Shown here piece after piece: positions 18,346-22,682 of a DNA stretch of 22,682 nt. This DNA is from an uncultured archaeon (GTDB lineage: Archaea; Asgardarchaeota; Lokiarchaeia; Sigyniarchaeales; SOKP01), in assembly GCA_964447495.1 (NCBI GenBank), contig CAYUTF010000053.1:1-22682 (forward strand). Direction: 5' to 3'. Position 1 is the stretch's first letter; the number at the start of each line of letters is the position of its first letter. Made by a program: the position numbers and the translations under genes. The notes below the pieces were generated by a model that worked only from the letters and a program-made list of their open reading frames with translations, made no database searches and was not told where the DNA came from.

Positions 18346-19068
18346 TTGATAAGTGATATTTTGATATTCCAGATAAGTGAAATTGCTCGAATCTTGATTG
18401 TTGTTTTTATGCATTCATTTCTTGTAATTTTATTATATATCTTATCTTTTAAAATTTTAAGAAGAAATTTCAATCGGATGACATTAAATTTAAGTCTATT
18501 CTATTTCTTGCCCGCAACAGGTTTTTTACTAAACCTTATTTTTTTTACACTAAGCACGAGTTTAATTGGATATATCTTATATTTTATCTCTGCTTTTTGC
18601 ACTTTAAGCGGATTTATTTTTTTAATTATAGTTATGATTAATTTAACTAACATAGAATCATATATTTCAACAAAAAAGCAACTTTTAATAATTATTGCTT
18701 ATCTTTCCATAGGTCTATTAATTTTATTTATACCAGGTGGAATAACTATAAATGAATCTACAAACTGGACACCAGTATTTAGCCTTACTTTTTTTATTAT
18801 CATGTATACATTCTTTTCTTCAATAATATTCATCCCATCTTTAATCCTGTCATATAAAATTTATATATCATTTAAAGATAAAAAGTTAAAGAACAAATTT
18901 TTATTTTTTTTCATTGGAATAATTGGAATGTTGATAGCTTTTTATGGATTAATCCTTTTTAACACTTGGTATAATAGTACTTTTAGAACTATATGGACAT
19001 TTTTAGTTTTTTTTATTGTAGTCCCTTCTGGGATTTTTATTTATTATGGGATTATTCATAAATTATAA
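18346..19068 (+). CDS. Standalone ~7-TM membrane protein (HisKA_7TM-like sensor topology)
   Basis: Seven hydrophobic stretches, basic loops (RRNFNR, TKKQ, KDKKLKNK) and a polar GGITINESTNWTPVFS loop between TM4 and TM5. TTG start. Confidence 0.7.
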   Translation: MISDILIFQISEIARILIVVFMHSFLVILLYILSFKILRRNFNRMTLNLSLFYFLPATGFLLNLIFFTLSTSLIGYILYFISAFCTLSGFIFLIIVMINLTNIESYISTKKQLLIIIAYLSIGLLILFIPGGITINESTNWTPVFSLTFFIIMYTFFSSIIFIPSLILSYKIYISFKDKKLKNKFLFFFIGIIGMLIAFYGLILFNTWYNSTFRTIWTFLVFFIVVPSGIFIYYGIIHKL

Positions 19069-19116
19069 TGACTTATTACATTTCCAATCATTTTTAAATC
19101 AAAATAATTCCTTTTA

Positions 19117-20190
19117 TTGAAAGAAATATTAAACATTCCTATGGAAGATTTAAATTTTAGATTATTAGAAGATCCTAATGAGATATTAAACTATTTACAT
19201 TTAGGAATTTCAATACCAATAATTCCAGAATTCAAAAAATATATTTTAAAGACTTTTGAAGCATATAAAGTTAAAGCTTTATTATTAGAAGATATCTCAT
19301 CTAATGAAATTTTTGATGATAGAATAGATAATGTTGTAGGTATCACTATTATTTATGATGATGGTGCAGACAAATTGTTTTTTGGATTTTTTGGTGTATA
19401 TGATCATAGTAAAAAAAAAATTGAGTTTTTAACCAATCAATTAATTGAATACGCCAAAAATAATAATTATAACTATATTAGAGGTCCTGTAAATATACCT
19501 GCTGTGATATTTGGCTGGGGATTTATGGAAGAAGGAAGTAGTAAATCACTATTCATTTCTTGCCCGATAAATCCCCCTATTTATCAAAATATCTTCTTCG
19601 AAAAAGGATTTTATATAAAATTTGAAGAAGATAGATATGATGTAGTTGTAATTAAATTAAATCCATATAAATTGAAGAAAAAAAATGGGAGCTATTACAA
19701 TTTTTCTGATTACGAATATAAAAATCCCAATATGAATGAAATTTGGGAGACTATTAATGATATAGTTAATTTGCATCTAAATTTCATGCCACCATCAGCT
19801 CAAATTAGTCCTTTAAATCCAATCAATACTCAAGTCCATTTAGAGTTTATTTATGAATTTGGATCAGAATCCCATATATGGACAGTTTATCATAAACCAA
19901 CAAATAAAATGGTAGCTTGTGGGTTTATTGTACCTAATCCTTTCTCAAAAGATAAAAAAAATCGAGTTGACTCTGCTAGTTTTCATGATTGGGTGGTGCA
20001 TCCAGATCATAGACGCTCTGGACTTGCAATGTTGATGTATGGATGTACCTCAATGAAAGTTTATAAAGAGGGCTTGAGATGGGGATCTTGGCCAGTAGGC
20101 GCGGAAAATAAAGCTAATGCTGCAGCAGCACGAAAAATGAAAGGAATTAGAGACAGGCGTCATTTAATTTTAGAATTAAAATTAAATTAA
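19117..20190 (+). CDS. YghO/bCerS-like tandem GNAT acyltransferase
   Basis: FFGFF...IRGPVN...GFMEEG...PINPPIY...KGF in the N-domain. C-domain acyl-CoA motif VVHPDHRRSGLA followed by ENKAN...KMKG. Start is TTG 19117 or ATG 19141. Confidence 0.72.
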   Translation: MKEILNIPMEDLNFRLLEDPNEILNYLHLGISIPIIPEFKKYILKTFEAYKVKALLLEDISSNEIFDDRIDNVVGITIIYDDGADKLFFGFFGVYDHSKKKIEFLTNQLIEYAKNNNYNYIRGPVNIPAVIFGWGFMEEGSSKSLFISCPINPPIYQNIFFEKGFYIKFEEDRYDVVVIKLNPYKLKKKNGSYYNFSDYEYKNPNMNEIWETINDIVNLHLNFMPPSAQISPLNPINTQVHLEFIYEFGSESHIWTVYHKPTNKMVACGFIVPNPFSKDKKNRVDSASFHDWVVHPDHRRSGLAMLMYGCTSMKVYKEGLRWGSWPVGAENKANAAAARKMKGIRDRRHLILELKLN

Positions 20191-20208
20191 AAAACATAAT
20201 AATATTTT

Positions 20209-22680
20209 TTATCCCATTATTATTGGAATAGAGAAGAAAAAAGTGCAACCCTTATTTCGCCCACTCGATTCGACCCAAATTTGGCCCCCATGTAATTCTA
20301 TAATTTCTTTGCAGATATAAAGCCCTAATCCTGTCCCTTCTATTCCAACATCCCATCCTTGCCCATAGCGTTCAATTTTTCCGAACTGCTTAAAAATTTG
20401 GTTTTTTTCTTCTTTAGTAAGTCCAATTCCATTATCTTTAATTGAAATAATAATGAATTTCTCTTTTACTGAAGAATTTACAATAATTTGCCCCCCAACT
20501 GGAGTATATTTAATTGCGTTTATTATTAAGTTAGATAAAACTTCGTAAATTCTCTCTTTATCAAATTCAGTTATCAAGTCATCTTGAATATCAATCTTAA
20601 CTTTTTGTTTTCGTAATTCAGCTGCTCCTTCTAGTTGCCTAACGCAATACTTTATAAGAAACGACAGATTTTCTTTAGCATACTTTAATTTTAATAAGCC
20701 CTGTTCTAACTTTGAGCTCTCTAATATCGAATTGATATAATCTTCTAATCGCCGACTCCCTTTTTGAATTTCCTCTAATATTGATACGATTTCTTTATCT
20801 AACTTGTTATAATGGAGATTTAATAATAATTCGGTGAAACCTTTTATTGATATCAATGGCGTTTTTAATTCATGGGAAGTTCTTGAGAATAAATCGGTCT
20901 TTAATTTATTAATTTCACTTAGTGTTCTATTCTGTTCTTCTAAATGTTGTTGTACTTGCCAACGTTTTTGTTCAATTTCAATAGCATCGCATATAAGGAA
21001 TAGCACTAGTTGGTTTTGATTTGTTATGTTAGGGTAATCTTTATACATGACGCACAAACATTCATTCAAATCTGTTCCCGACATGATTAATTTTCCATAC
21101 GCATGCTTAATATTATTCTTTTTAATATAGTCATCTGTTTTTACATATTCTAATTTATCAATATCATTAAAAATCTGTGGGAAATCATGTTTTTCATTAA
21201 ATAATTCATTAACAAATAATTTTTCTTTAAATTCCTCTTCAGACAAGGTTTCTACTTTACCCTTGTTGGTGATAACCTTGTATAACTCTTCGCTTTCTTG
21301 CTTATCTTTATTAACATATATAACAAAATCACCATTTAATAATTTTAAACACGTGCAAAGAAGTAATTGAATATTCTTTTGAATATCGGTGGTGAAATTT
21401 AAAAAGTTTATATTTAATTCATAAATAAGCTCTTCATACATTTTCTTCTCAGTTACATCCTCTAACCATAAACGGAAGCTTAAAATATCGCCATTTTCAT
21501 TATATTTATTTGATTTTTTTCCTTTTAACCATTTTAGTTTACCATTTTTTGAAATAATACGGAATTCTATTTCTTTATCTTCGGAGCTGCGAAAAAGTTT
21601 TTTAACATCATCAGGATGAATGATATCATCTATTAACTTCTTATACACTGACTCTTTTTCTTGAAATCCTACCAATTCCAACAATTTTGGATTAAGATAC
21701 GAAACACGTTCATTAGCAACGTTGAATTCAATAATTCCGACAGAGGATGTTTCTAATAGATCACGATATTGTTCTTCCGATTCTTTAATTTTCTGCTCAG
21801 CTAATTCTCGTTCTGTTATATCATCTACAGTAAAAATCATGTTTTCTATTTCTCCATCTTTTCCTATTAATGGTGTACCGTTAATAGATAATAGAATAAG
21901 GTTGTTATTTGGTAATTTTAAAAATAAATGGAGATCAAATATTGGTTTTTTCATTTTGGATATCATTTGAAAGGGCAACTTTTCTTTAGGAATGTCTTTT
22001 CCTTCAGAATCAACGAATCGAAATAGAGAGGTAAAAATTGTATCTTTGGTCAATTCATCTTTTGGAAATTGAAGCACTTTTTCAGCTTGAGAATTAGCAA
22101 ATGTGATATTACCTTTTTTATCCACAGAAATAATTCCAGCAGGATTTGTTTCCATTATCCGTTCTAACCTGTCATGTTGGAGCAATAAATCTTCTTCGGC
22201 TTTTTTTCTTTCAGTGATATCATCAAAAGTGATTAATACACCCACTACTTTTCCATCTGAATCATTTAGAGGTATTCTATTGGTATTTACCCATATTTTT
22301 TCTCCAATCTTTAAAGTCCAATATTCAATATTGCGAAATTTTGGTTTATTGGTTTCAATGACTTCGTTCTCTTTTTCATTGTTGAAATTAATTTGAAATT
22401 CATCGATCATTAATTCGGGATCAGATTTATTGATTATATTTTCTGGATGTTCAATCCCAATTAAATTAGCGTAATTATCATTGCAGCCGAGATATTTTAA
22501 TTCTAAGTCTTTCCAATATATATATTGTGGAATATTCTCCATAACTATTTGGAGCATTTCGTAAGAGCTCTGTAATGCTTCCTCATACCTTTTAGGATTA
22601 AATAGTTTCCAAAAACGTATCTCTGGTATTGTTTCAGTTATTTTTTTAAAGCGTTCTTCATTAAAGCGTAATTCTTCTTC
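20209..22680 (-). CDS. Multi-PAS sensor histidine kinase (5' end outside the window)
   Basis: Three PAS/PAC units ending in DITE-like motifs, a GAF-like region, H-box SHELKTPL, N-box NLIINAIKYT, DNGIG and GTGLGL. The frame stays open for 41 codons upstream of ATG 22557 to the window edge. Confidence 0.93.
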   Translation of the reverse strand, partial: EEELRFNEERFKKITETIPEIRFWKLFNPKRYEEALQSSYEMLQIVMENIPQYIYWKDLELKYLGCNDNYANLIGIEHPENIINKSDPELMIDEFQINFNNEKENEVIETNKPKFRNIEYWTLKIGEKIWVNTNRIPLNDSDGKVVGVLITFDDITERKKAEEDLLLQHDRLERIMETNPAGIISVDKKGNITFANSQAEKVLQFPKDELTKDTIFTSLFRFVDSEGKDIPKEKLPFQMISKMKKPIFDLHLFLKLPNNNLILLSINGTPLIGKDGEIENMIFTVDDITERELAEQKIKESEEQYRDLLETSSVGIIEFNVANERVSYLNPKLLELVGFQEKESVYKKLIDDIIHPDDVKKLFRSSEDKEIEFRIISKNGKLKWLKGKKSNKYNENGDILSFRLWLEDVTEKKMYEELIYELNINFLNFTTDIQKNIQLLLCTCLKLLNGDFVIYVNKDKQESEELYKVITNKGKVETLSEEEFKEKLFVNELFNEKHDFPQIFNDIDKLEYVKTDDYIKKNNIKHAYGKLIMSGTDLNECLCVMYKDYPNITNQNQLVLFLICDAIEIEQKRWQVQQHLEEQNRTLSEINKLKTDLFSRTSHELKTPLISIKGFTELLLNLHYNKLDKEIVSILEEIQKGSRRLEDYINSILESSKLEQGLLKLKYAKENLSFLIKYCVRQLEGAAELRKQKVKIDIQDDLITEFDKERIYEVLSNLIINAIKYTPVGGQIIVNSSVKEKFIIISIKDNGIGLTKEEKNQIFKQFGKIERYGQGWDVGIEGTGLGLYICKEIIELHGGQIWVESSGRNKGCTFFFSIPIIMG

Positions 22681-22682
22681 TA

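Noticed and set aside
18346-19068. 7TM protein as a rhodopsin (schizorhodopsin or heliorhodopsin)
   Set aside because: No retinal-binding Lys in TM7 and no RYxxW-type helix C motif.
32-22396. Numerous short antisense or overlapping ORFs in the track (e.g. 32-262, 287-478, 1120-1428, 6372-6719, 10873-11220, 15570-15815, 18261-18473, 22103-22396)
   Set aside because: They overlap well-supported genes, have S/F/I-rich shadow composition and carry no motifs.

Overview
AT-rich prokaryotic window, most likely from an Asgard archaeon (Lokiarchaeia/Promethearchaeia-like). This is inferred from a longin-like domain protein, methanogen-type HdrBC, archaeal GGTGA/GAGG ribosome-binding motifs and a multi-PAS kinase. 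Left to right it holds: (i) redox genes (Bcp peroxiredoxin, nitroreductase, YyaL/SPATA20, small CxxC protein) and a DUF1499 gene; (ii) an apparent restriction-endonuclease-like/longin fusion and a CDP-alcohol phosphatidyltransferase; (iii) a complete minus-strand hdrC-hdrB-hdrA-mvhD(flxD)-flxC-flxB-flxA operon of the electron-bifurcating type; (iv) four small hypothetical/TPR genes; (v) a plus-strand cluster of GNAT, E1/ThiF adenylyltransferase, standalone 7TM protein and YghO/bCerS-like GNAT, converging on a 5'-truncated multi-PAS histidine kinase. Cluster (v) is the best candidate for an undescribed system: possibly synthesis of an N-acyl small-molecule or lipid signal plus its receptor. No rRNA, tRNA, CRISPR array or mobile element was recognised. 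All family assignments come from motif recognition by eye, not from database searches.
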